From assembly GCA_021299095.1 (NCBI GenBank), contig JAJTFW010000014.1, forward strand, positions 9,101 through 73,100: a stretch of 64,000 nucleotides of DNA, given 5' to 3'. This document shows, piece by piece, positions 56,126-64,000 of this stretch. The translations under genes were made by a program, and so were the position numbers. The notes beneath the pieces were generated by a model. The model searched no databases. It was not told the origin of the DNA and saw only the letters and a list, made by a program, of their open reading frames with translations. Source of the stretch: Sphingobacteriales bacterium (lineage in GTDB: Bacteria > Bacteroidota > Bacteroidia > AKYH767-A > OLB10). Position 1 is the first letter of the stretch, and each line of letters opens with the position of its first letter.

Positions 56126-56914
56126 ATGTTAAAAACCATGTCAAGCGGGAGCAAGCAACCGATTTTTCGTTTTTTGGATGAAGTAGGCCGTATTTCGTCC
56201 TTTACCGGTCGGTTTTTTGCTGAAGGATTTCGTCCGCGCTACGAATGGGCCGAATTACTCCGTCAGTGTTACGTGATCGGCTACCGGACTTTGCCACTGG
56301 TCGGTATTACAGCTTTTATCATGGGATTGGTACTGACGGTTCAGTCCAGGCCGACGCTGGAAGAATTCGGAGCAGAGTCTTATCTACCTTCCATGGTGGC
56401 CCTATCCGTCATCCGTGAAATCGGTCCGGTTATAACAGCACTGATCTGTGCTGGTAAAGTGGGATCAAGTATTGGGGCAGAACTTGGATCGATGCGGGTT
56501 ACTGAGCAAATTGATGCCATGGAAGTTTCAGGAACGAATCCGTTCAAATTCCTGGTTGTCACGCGCGTAATGGCCTGTACACTCATGCTTCCGGTTTTGG
56601 TCGTTGTTGCAGACTTCATCAGCCTGTACGCCTCCTACGTGGGTGTCAACATCAAGGATGTGGTTAGCCTCGAATTGTATTACAACAACGTATTCAATTC
56701 ACTGGTGTATGGCGATGTGTTACCGGCTTTCGTCAAAACCTATTTTTTCGGATTTGCCATTGGAATTGTAGGTTGCTTCAAAGGATACCATTCAGACAAA
56801 GGAACAGAAGGAGTTGGAATTGCCGCAAACTCTGCAGTTGTCGTTTCCTCCTTGTTGGTCTTTATCATCGACCTCGTGGCAGTACAAATCGCCGACATAC
56901 TTGGATTGACATGA
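56126..56914 (+). CDS. mlaE: MlaE-type ABC transporter permease
   Basis: About 260 aa, the conserved SVIREIGPVITALICAGKVGS..AELGSMRVTEQIDAM block, and an ATGA overlap with the ATPase gene. Confidence 0.88.
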   Translation: MLKTMSSGSKQPIFRFLDEVGRISSFTGRFFAEGFRPRYEWAELLRQCYVIGYRTLPLVGITAFIMGLVLTVQSRPTLEEFGAESYLPSMVALSVIREIGPVITALICAGKVGSSIGAELGSMRVTEQIDAMEVSGTNPFKFLVVTRVMACTLMLPVLVVVADFISLYASYVGVNIKDVVSLELYYNNVFNSLVYGDVLPAFVKTYFFGFAIGIVGCFKGYHSDKGTEGVGIAANSAVVVSSLLVFIIDLVAVQIADILGLT

Positions 56915-57678
56915 CCGGAATACAGCCAATCGACCATTCCGCCGGACCTGTTGTCATCCGAACTCATGACCTGTACAAATCATTTGGAAAAAACACGGTC
57001 TTGCGCGGGTTCAATCTTGAATTACACAAAGGTGAAAACCTGGTCGTATTGGGCAAATCAGGCTCCGGAAAATCAGTTTTGATTAAATGCATTGTAGGCC
57101 TGATATCCATTGATTCGGGAAGTATTACCGTATTTGGAAAAGAGGTCTCTGAATTGGATCAAGCTGGCCTTGATGCCATACGCGTCAAAATCGGATTTCT
57201 CTTTCAGAGCTCGGCGCTTTATGATTCAATGACAGTTCGAGAAAACCTCGAATTCCCTTTACGTCGTCACGGAAAAGGAATGAGCCGTGAGGAAATTGAC
57301 CGACTCGTCATTGAAGTTCTTGAAAGTGTTGGATTGCGTCATGCCGTTGATCTGATGCCGTCTGAACTTTCAGGCGGAATGCGTAAACGTATCGGCCTCG
57401 CCCGAACCTTGATTCTGAAACCGGACATTATTTTATACGACGAACCGACCACTGGCCTTGATCCCGTAACCGGTCGTGAAATCAGCAAGCTGATTGTCGA
57501 TATCCGCCAACAATATGGTACGTCATCCATTATCATCACACACGACATGTATTGCACACGGATTGTCGCTGATCGTATTCTTGTGCTTTCAGATGGTATC
57601 TGTCATGCGCAAGGCAACTACCAGGCTTTATCGTCATCAGAGGACCTCGTTGTTCACCCTTTCTTTCATTCAATATGA
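56911..57678 (+). CDS. mlaF: MlaF-type ABC transporter ATP-binding protein
   Basis: Walker A GKSGSGKS, signature LSGGMRKR, Walker B IILYDEPTTGLD. Start is ATG 56911, not the 56773 extension. Confidence 0.9.
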   Translation: MTGIQPIDHSAGPVVIRTHDLYKSFGKNTVLRGFNLELHKGENLVVLGKSGSGKSVLIKCIVGLISIDSGSITVFGKEVSELDQAGLDAIRVKIGFLFQSSALYDSMTVRENLEFPLRRHGKGMSREEIDRLVIEVLESVGLRHAVDLMPSELSGGMRKRIGLARTLILKPDIILYDEPTTGLDPVTGREISKLIVDIRQQYGTSSIIITHDMYCTRIVADRILVLSDGICHAQGNYQALSSSEDLVVHPFFHSI

Positions 57679-58649
57679 AGCAGACTTCTAATCACATTAA
57701 ACTGGGTGCTTTTGTTGTTTTGGGAACAGCTTTATTAATAGCGACCCTTTACGTCATTGGCAGCAAGAAGAACCTATTCAATAAGACCATTTCAGTCTAT
57801 GTCACGTTTAACCATGTAAACGGTCTGCTTCAGGGCAATAATGTGCGGTTTGCAGGAATCGCAATCGGGACTGTCAAGGAAGTCAGCATAGTGAATGACT
57901 CTATGGTGGTGGTTGAGATGATCATTCGTGAAGACGCGATGCGTTATGTTCGGAAAAATTCGCTGGCCGATATAGGTTCCGACGGGCTGATGGGTAATAA
58001 ACTGATCAACCTTTCTACGCCGGATGCCAGTACGCCATTTGTAGAAGCCGGCGACACGCTTCGCTCCGCAGTCGTTATTGCAACGGACGAGATGATGCGA
58101 ACACTAAACACCACCAACGAAAATGTGTTGGTGATCAGTTCAGATTTGCGAAAGATCACACGTCGAATTCAAGAAAGCTCGGCTTTTTGGGACTTGATCG
58201 CTGATTCAGCAGCAGCTGAGAATGTCCGCCGTACATTGAGGAATATTGAAACGGCATCTACCGCTGCAGGTCGTTTGACAAAGGAGGCGGAAAATCTGAT
58301 TTCAGGCGTAGAACAAGGACGTGGCCTTGCTGGCAAACTCCTAAACGATGAAAAAACTGCGCTAGATTTTGAAAATATGCTCTCCAACCTGAAGGCTTCG
58401 TCAGACACGGCAAAGCTGGCACTACACCATATGCATGAATTCATGGAAGATCTGAATATCACTCCGGGTCCACTGGGTATACTTGCACGCGATACGGTGA
58501 TGGGAAAAACGATGGTTGTGGCCTTCGAAAACCTCGAAACCAGCACCACGCTCCTGAATGACAACCTAAAGGCGATGCAGAGTAGTTTTCTATTCAGAAA
58601 GTACTTCAGAAAAAAAGAGAAAGAGAAAGAGAAGGATAAGACCCCCTGA
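57675..58649 (+). CDS. mlaD: MlaD/MCE-family substrate-binding protein
   Basis: N-terminal TM, MCE core (V.GL..GN.VRFAGI.IG.V), helical C-terminus, KEKEKEK tail. Overlaps the mlaF stop. Confidence 0.8.
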   Translation: MKQTSNHIKLGAFVVLGTALLIATLYVIGSKKNLFNKTISVYVTFNHVNGLLQGNNVRFAGIAIGTVKEVSIVNDSMVVVEMIIREDAMRYVRKNSLADIGSDGLMGNKLINLSTPDASTPFVEAGDTLRSAVVIATDEMMRTLNTTNENVLVISSDLRKITRRIQESSAFWDLIADSAAAENVRRTLRNIETASTAAGRLTKEAENLISGVEQGRGLAGKLLNDEKTALDFENMLSNLKASSDTAKLALHHMHEFMEDLNITPGPLGILARDTVMGKTMVVAFENLETSTTLLNDNLKAMQSSFLFRKYFRKKEKEKEKDKTP

Positions 58650-58708
58650 GATACTGCTGTGTGACTTTTATCACCAGCATTCCTGTGGCGAGCTATTTAC
58701 TTTGCACT

Positions 58709-59023
58709 ATGGATTCTGTGAACTCGTCTTCTTCTTTTCAGGAAATAATCAGTTCGGGCAAACCGGTTCTGGTGGATTTTTTTGCAACCTGGTGTGGCCC
58801 TTGTAAAATGATGGGGCCGATACTGAGTCAGGTCAAGCAGCAATTGGGGGATCGTGTACACATTCTAAAAATTGATGTGGACCGCAACCCGCAGGCAGCC
58901 GCAACGTTCGGAATTCAAGGTGTTCCAACCCTGATTCTTTTCCAGGGTGGAAACATCAAATGGCGCCAGTCCGGAGTCGTTCAGGCAAACCAATTGATTG
59001 GTATCCTGAACGACTGCGCTTGA
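58709..59023 (+). CDS. trxA: thioredoxin
   Basis: VLVDFFATWCGPCKMM active site, about 104 aa from ATG 58709 (the track start 58661 is GTG). Confidence 0.9.
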   Translation: MDSVNSSSSFQEIISSGKPVLVDFFATWCGPCKMMGPILSQVKQQLGDRVHILKIDVDRNPQAAATFGIQGVPTLILFQGGNIKWRQSGVVQANQLIGILNDCA

Positions 59024-59045
59024 TTTTTCCTGTTTGGTAAATTCT

Positions 59046-61985
59046 TCAGTAGCCGAACACGGTCTCGAGTTCTAGCTCTTTCAGCTCGCCATATTGTGAA
59101 ATGGCTGCTTTGTCAATCCGTTCACGATCGGCAATCAAGGCCAAACGAAAGGGTGCTTCACGAAGTGTTTTCTGTTGAAAAGAAACAACATCCTCAAGCG
59201 AGGCCTTTTCGATGTAATTGAAAACGGCAATGCGTGAATCCTGCATAAATCCCATGCGCTTCATTCCATGATAGGTGGGCAGAACTTCATCGCGGGTGAT
59301 TCGTTCAGACCGGATTGCCTGAAGTGCCCCATCGCGGGCCTGGATAAATGTTGCCTGATTAACAGGCATATCCTTTAACAGCGCAAACATCCCTGAAAGG
59401 GCCTCCGGTATTTTATCGACTTGCGTACCAATATAGGCCGTGTTGTAAAAAGACCTGTTGCTGTTCCCGGGTGTAGAATACCGGCTGTTTACGGCATATG
59501 CAAGGGCTTTGCTTTCACGCATTGTTTGAAAAACGGGCGATGACATCCCGCCGCCGAAATAACGGTTGTACAATTGAACTTCAGGGGCAAGTGACGGATT
59601 CCAAGGCAACCCTTTCGACAGGAAATTCACTTCTGCCTGCTTCATCGGATAGTGCACAAAAAAGATCTGCTTGTCGGTGGTTGACACCTCCACGAAGCCT
59701 TTGCCAGCTGGTACTTCTTGAAGCCCTCGGGGTGTGCGGTGATATTTCCCAAGCAAGTTCATGACGATTGTACTATCAGCTGGCCCATAATAATCAATGC
59801 GGTGAACCATTCCCTTGAAATTACGGATGGCCGATGTCATGTCCTTTACCGATAGACTTTTCAGTTCTTGCTCCGATAACTGTGAAGTGTATGGATTATC
59901 GGCGCCATATCGGGCATAGGCGGTTAACCTGGCCAAAACTTCCTGCTTGTTGAGTTTTGCGTCGGCACGTCTTTTCAGTAAGTCAGAAACCAGGTTATCC
60001 AGTGAAGTTTGAGTCAAAATCGGGCCATCCAACAAGGATTCAAACAGAGAAAGTGCACTGGGCAAATTTTCATTCAATCCACTAAGAGAAAGTGACCAGG
60101 AATCCTCACTGGTACCGCTTGAAAATTCGCAGCCCAATTTGTAGAATTCTTCTTGGATACGAACCAGGTCATAGCGTTCGGTTCCGCAATATCCCAAGGC
60201 CTGGGAGGCAATATTCCAGCGGGGATTCAATTGACCCTTCGAATCTATAGTAAAGGTCAAATAGAACAAATCGTTTTCACGGTTCGGACTCATGTACACC
60301 GGAATCGTACGGTTTAGGCGTGCCTTTACGATATCCTTATCGAAATCAAGAAAAACAGGATTACCGGACTTACCCTGCCGGGCAAGCACATCTTGCAAAA
60401 AAGGACTTTTCACCTCATTATTCAATTTTACGGGCGTAATGGCAGGTTTTACAACCTTGACCACTTGCTGATCCACTCCGTTGCGCTTAAAAACAATCAC
60501 ATAATTTTCACCATACCAAGTTCTAACGAAATCGATAATTTGCTGCTTGTTTATTCGGGAAAGTCGCTCGGAGCGTCGAACAACTGATGAATACGGTATT
60601 CCGAGGACTTCGGCATCGAGCATGGCTGTCGCCCTGGACATATTGCTTTCATACGCTTTTTGCTCTTCAAGCCTGATTTGATTTACGATGGCAGGCAAGA
60701 TCCAATCGGGAAAATTACCCAGTTTGATTTCCATAATCTGACCCAAAAGCAAATCGCGTACCTGCTCAAGGCTTTGACCCTCCCTAGCCCGCGCCGACAA
60801 TTGATGGACGCTATAATCGCGCATAATCCGAACCGTTGAACCGGCTCCGAGAACCTGTTGTTTCTTATTTAGATTAAGGTCAAGCAAACCGGCCTGACCA
60901 TTCGACAAAATATAATCGACCATGGTCAACACATCAGCATCTTCACTAGAGGCTCCGCGGAAGCGGAATCCCATTACAACAGACTCTGCATCTGGTCCGT
61001 AAACTTCCCTCACCACTGGAACCTTGATCAGCTTTTCTGGTGTGAATTTAAATGCAGGGATGACTGAAGATTTCATTCCACCGAACCGTGCATGAATCAG
61101 GCGAATAGCCTGATCCGGGTCGAAATCACCACTGAGTGAAATGACCATATTGTTGGGCACGTAATATGTGTTGAAATAATTGCTGATCGCCTTGAGTGAT
61201 GGATTTTTGAGGTGTTCGATTGTTCCGATGGTGGTTTGGGTTCCGTAGGGGTGATTGGGGAATAAACCCGCATACAAGGCTTCAAACACCTTCGACCTGT
61301 CGTTATCAAGCGATCTGTTCTTCTCTTCGTAAACGGCCTCAAGCTCTGTATGAAACAACCTCATGACAGGCATCCTGAACCGCTCGGCCTCAATATCCAG
61401 GAACGCTTCCAGTTGATGTGAAGGGACATTATTGATGTAAACCGTTTGTTCATTTGAAGTGAAGGCATTGACACCGCTAACACCCAAGCCGGCGGTCATC
61501 TTATCAAACTCATTCGGAATGGCGTAGCGCGCAGCAACCCCCGAAACCGAATCGATTTGCTTGTAAAGCATTGCCCGCTTCAAACTATCACGTTCTGAAC
61601 CATACCGGTCATACAGCGAGAAAATCGTGTCGATAAGCGGCTTTTCCGTGTTGTAGTCGAGCGTGCCGTATTTATCCGTACCCTTAAACAACATATGCTC
61701 GAGGTAGTGCGCTAGACCCGTATGCTCAGCCGGGTCGTGCTTTGAGCCGGCCTTGACACCGATCATGGACTGGAACCGGGGTTCATCCTTGTAAACTGAA
61801 AGGAACACTTTCAGACCGTTTGGAAGCGTATACAGCCGGGCCCTCAAGGGGTCTCCGGCAACCGTGTCAAAGACCGCAGGATCAAAAGGCATTGAATCCT
61901 GTGCATTTGAGATGGCAGAAAAGAAAATCAAGAGGATTGATACAACATACCGAATGGTTAGGGCAATCAAGGGCTTTGGTCTCAT
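59046..61985 (-). CDS. M16-family (pitrilysin/insulinase-like) zinc peptidase, double-length
   Basis: Signal peptide, inverted zinc motif HYLEHMLFKGT (HxxEH), 979 aa corresponding to two M16 units. Confidence 0.88.
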   Translation of the reverse strand: MRPKPLIALTIRYVVSILLIFFSAISNAQDSMPFDPAVFDTVAGDPLRARLYTLPNGLKVFLSVYKDEPRFQSMIGVKAGSKHDPAEHTGLAHYLEHMLFKGTDKYGTLDYNTEKPLIDTIFSLYDRYGSERDSLKRAMLYKQIDSVSGVAARYAIPNEFDKMTAGLGVSGVNAFTSNEQTVYINNVPSHQLEAFLDIEAERFRMPVMRLFHTELEAVYEEKNRSLDNDRSKVFEALYAGLFPNHPYGTQTTIGTIEHLKNPSLKAISNYFNTYYVPNNMVISLSGDFDPDQAIRLIHARFGGMKSSVIPAFKFTPEKLIKVPVVREVYGPDAESVVMGFRFRGASSEDADVLTMVDYILSNGQAGLLDLNLNKKQQVLGAGSTVRIMRDYSVHQLSARAREGQSLEQVRDLLLGQIMEIKLGNFPDWILPAIVNQIRLEEQKAYESNMSRATAMLDAEVLGIPYSSVVRRSERLSRINKQQIIDFVRTWYGENYVIVFKRNGVDQQVVKVVKPAITPVKLNNEVKSPFLQDVLARQGKSGNPVFLDFDKDIVKARLNRTIPVYMSPNRENDLFYLTFTIDSKGQLNPRWNIASQALGYCGTERYDLVRIQEEFYKLGCEFSSGTSEDSWSLSLSGLNENLPSALSLFESLLDGPILTQTSLDNLVSDLLKRRADAKLNKQEVLARLTAYARYGADNPYTSQLSEQELKSLSVKDMTSAIRNFKGMVHRIDYYGPADSTIVMNLLGKYHRTPRGLQEVPAGKGFVEVSTTDKQIFFVHYPMKQAEVNFLSKGLPWNPSLAPEVQLYNRYFGGGMSSPVFQTMRESKALAYAVNSRYSTPGNSNRSFYNTAYIGTQVDKIPEALSGMFALLKDMPVNQATFIQARDGALQAIRSERITRDEVLPTYHGMKRMGFMQDSRIAVFNYIEKASLEDVVSFQQKTLREAPFRLALIADRERIDKAAISQYGELKELELETVFGY

Positions 61986-62080
61986 GCCTGTAAAAATAAC
62001 CTGTATCTGTTCAAAAGAGTGTGCATTTCGCCCAGTCTTTTTTTTTCGTTTGAGTTACCCATTCACGAACTTTGCTCTAT

Positions 62081-64000
62081 ATGCTTCGTTTTATTTGTTT
62101 ATTCCTCTTGTTCTTGGTTCATGGCACCAGTATAGCCCAACCCGGACAGGCACGTTTCTGGTATTTCGGGACGCAGGCCGGGCTCGATTTCGGAACGAAT
62201 CCTCCGACACCATTGACCAATGGGGCGTTGACTGCATTTGAAGGATGCGCTAGTATTTCGGATATCAACGGAAACCTTCAATTCTACACAAACGGGAACC
62301 AGGTCTGGGATCGTACACATCAGGTGATGCCCAACGGCACCGGACTTAACGGAGATGGTTTGGCGACTCAGGCTACCATCATCGTCCCCGCACCTGCAAA
62401 CACTGCACTATACTACGTATTCACCGTTGATACCAATGGAGGCCCACGCGGTTTATGCTACAGTGTGGTTGACATGAATCTGAACAATGGCTTCGGCGAA
62501 GTAACAAGCAAAAACAATCTACTAGCCACGCCTGTAACCGAAAAACTGACTGCAGTCCGACACGCCAATGGTGTCGACGCTTGGGTTGTGGTTCACGGCT
62601 GGAACAACAGCACATTCATGGCCTACCCAATCACTGCAGCTGGAGTCGGAAATACGGCAGTGCAATCCAACATCGGTTCAGTTCATGGTGGGAATTTCAT
62701 CAATTCGCATGGATACCTGAAATCCTCACCCGACGCAAGCAAACTTGCGTGTGTTATTCGGGGTCCACGGGTCGTTGAGGTGTTTGATTTCAATAATGCT
62801 TCGGGGCAGATCAGCAACCCGCTCACCATCTCATATACTCCCCAGGTTTATGGTGCAGAGTTTTCCCCAGATGGCAGGTATCTGTACGTAACAGGAATGA
62901 ACATTCCGGGAGAGGTATTCCAAACCGATTTATTGGCTGGAAACCCGGCGGCAGTAGCAGGCTCCACTCAGGTTGTTGGATCTCACAACGGGCTGCTTGG
63001 TGCGCTTCAGGCGGGAATCGACCAACGGATTTACGTATGCCATTATCTGGGTACATCCCTTGGTGTGATTAGCCAACCGAACTTACCTGGCATCGCCTGC
63101 GGATTCAACCCCGCGTCTCTCAGCCTCGGCGGACGCAGTTCCGGCTATGGTTTACCAAATTTCCTGCAGCAATTTTTTATTGTAGCCGATTTCACCTACG
63201 CAGATACCTGCTCCGGATCAGCGACAGCTTTCACATCACTCGTAGCTGTTGCCGACTCTATGCGCTGGGATTTTGGAGACCCCTTAAGCGGAGCTTCAAA
63301 CAACACCAGTTCTCTGAATAATCCGACACATGTGTTCAGCTCTGCCGGAACATACACTGTCACACTGATAGCCTGGGAAGGTCTACTTAGCGACACGGTT
63401 CAATACACACTTGAAATCATCGATACCCCTGAACCAGACTTCGGACCGGATAGTAGTTCATGTGCCGGCAACCCGGTATTGCTCGATCCGGGTTCATTCG
63501 CAGGAGCACTTTATGACTGGTCAGACGGAAGTACTGGACCCACTTTGACAGTTACCAACGCAGGCGATTACAGTGTCACCATCAACCGCGGAGGATGTAT
63601 CGGCAGGGATACGATCAGTGTTCTGTTTTATCCTATTCCTGTTTTCAGTTTTGGAACAGACCAGTCCATTTGCACTGGTGAGTCGATTACATTAACTGCT
63701 ACAAACTCAGCGCAAGCATCAGTTGTTTGGCAGGATGGGTCAACCCTCCCTTACCTGACAATCACCGCAGGCGGCACCTACTCTGCCACTGTCACCGAAA
63801 ACAACTGTAGCTTCACGGACGAAATTATTATTCAGGAAATCCCTGGTCCGGTCGTGTTTTTTGGCAACGATACGACTATTTGTAAAGGATTCCCCCTTTT
63901 TCTGGACGCAACCAACCCGGGGGCAAGCTACATTTGGCAAAACGGATCGACTGACCCCTTCATTTTCGCAGAAGATCCAGGTGCATATGCTGTTATTGTG
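62081..64000 (+). CDS. secreted multidomain protein (N-terminal propeller-like region, PKD domain, then tandem ~70-aa Cys-containing modules); 3'-partial and not in the ORF track
   Basis: Hand translation shows ATG 62081, signal peptide MLRFICLFLLFLVHGTSIAQ, and then an uninterrupted frame to nt 64000. PKD signature WDFGDP..NPTHVFSSAGTYTVTL (from 63266). The architecture is typical of Bacteroidota gliding/T9SS-type cargo, but the C-terminal sorting domain lies outside the window. Confidence 0.8.
   Translation, partial: MLRFICLFLLFLVHGTSIAQPGQARFWYFGTQAGLDFGTNPPTPLTNGALTAFEGCASISDINGNLQFYTNGNQVWDRTHQVMPNGTGLNGDGLATQATIIVPAPANTALYYVFTVDTNGGPRGLCYSVVDMNLNNGFGEVTSKNNLLATPVTEKLTAVRHANGVDAWVVVHGWNNSTFMAYPITAAGVGNTAVQSNIGSVHGGNFINSHGYLKSSPDASKLACVIRGPRVVEVFDFNNASGQISNPLTISYTPQVYGAEFSPDGRYLYVTGMNIPGEVFQTDLLAGNPAAVAGSTQVVGSHNGLLGALQAGIDQRIYVCHYLGTSLGVISQPNLPGIACGFNPASLSLGGRSSGYGLPNFLQQFFIVADFTYADTCSGSATAFTSLVAVADSMRWDFGDPLSGASNNTSSLNNPTHVFSSAGTYTVTLIAWEGLLSDTVQYTLEIIDTPEPDFGPDSSSCAGNPVLLDPGSFAGALYDWSDGSTGPTLTVTNAGDYSVTINRGGCIGRDTISVLFYPIPVFSFGTDQSICTGESITLTATNSAQASVVWQDGSTLPYLTITAGGTYSATVTENNCSFTDEIIIQEIPGPVVFFGNDTTICKGFPLFLDATNPGASYIWQNGSTDPFIFAEDPGAYAVIV
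63434..64000 (+). repeat. tandem ~207-210-nt (about 70 aa) coding repeats within the secreted protein
   Basis: Modules start at 63434, 63641 and 63851. They share the pattern FG.D...C.G....L.A.......Y.W.DGST.P.L.V...G.Y...V....C...D.I. Confidence 0.6.

Noticed and set aside
58617-58634. A (GAGAAA)3-like hexamer microsatellite.
   Set aside because: It is in frame and encodes the KEKEKEK tail of the MlaD-like protein. It is too short to call a contingency locus.
1-64000. A scan for CRISPR arrays, rRNA, IS elements with terminal inverted repeats, and toxin-antitoxin-sized gene pairs.
   Set aside because: I saw no regularly spaced direct repeats, rRNA-like stretches or transposase/recombinase motifs. 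Intergenic space is small, with the largest gaps about 330 nt. This was a by-eye scan, so short or degenerate elements could have been missed.

Overview
This is a densely coding chromosomal segment, and I read it as Bacteroidota. The evidence is TAnnTTTG -7-type boxes a few nt before start codons with no Shine-Dalgarno signal, FISUMP, DUF2911 and PKD-repeat secreted proteins, and SurA/PpiC-MoxR, LolA/LptD-like and Mla gene sets. There is one tRNA (Thr-CGT). I found no rRNA, CRISPR array, transposase or recombinase.

Most of the window is housekeeping: envelope chaperones, trxB, mnmE, ftsK, lolA, an amidase, Mla, trxA and an M16 peptidase. The largest functional block is a roughly 12.7-kb, 12-gene minus-strand unit (18633-31291). 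It fuses complete molybdenum-cofactor biosynthesis with a Cys-type NAD-linked formate dehydrogenase, fdhD and formate-THF ligase, and has a TauE-family permease embedded in it.

I do not see a clear-cut new defence or mobile system. The points most worth following up are:
- A 17-bp direct repeat of the mnmE 3' end brackets a compositionally distinct single-gene (FISUMP lipoprotein) insert. It looks like an att scar at the trmE/mnmE hotspot, but no integrase is present.
- A methyltransferase, a eukaryote-like sulfotransferase and a DinB protein form a three-gene operon.
- Three reading frames are broken. The fdsB-like diaphorase has an internal deletion. The ftsK gamma domain is frame-shifted at a C run. 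An MFS transporter lacks TM1 next to a G run. These could be real decay or sequencing indels.
- A 35-codon membrane micro-ORF is translationally coupled to a sodium:solute symporter.
- A long open reading frame runs off the 3' window edge (62081 onward) and is absent from the supplied ORF track.

All calls rest on motif recognition by eye. No database search was run.
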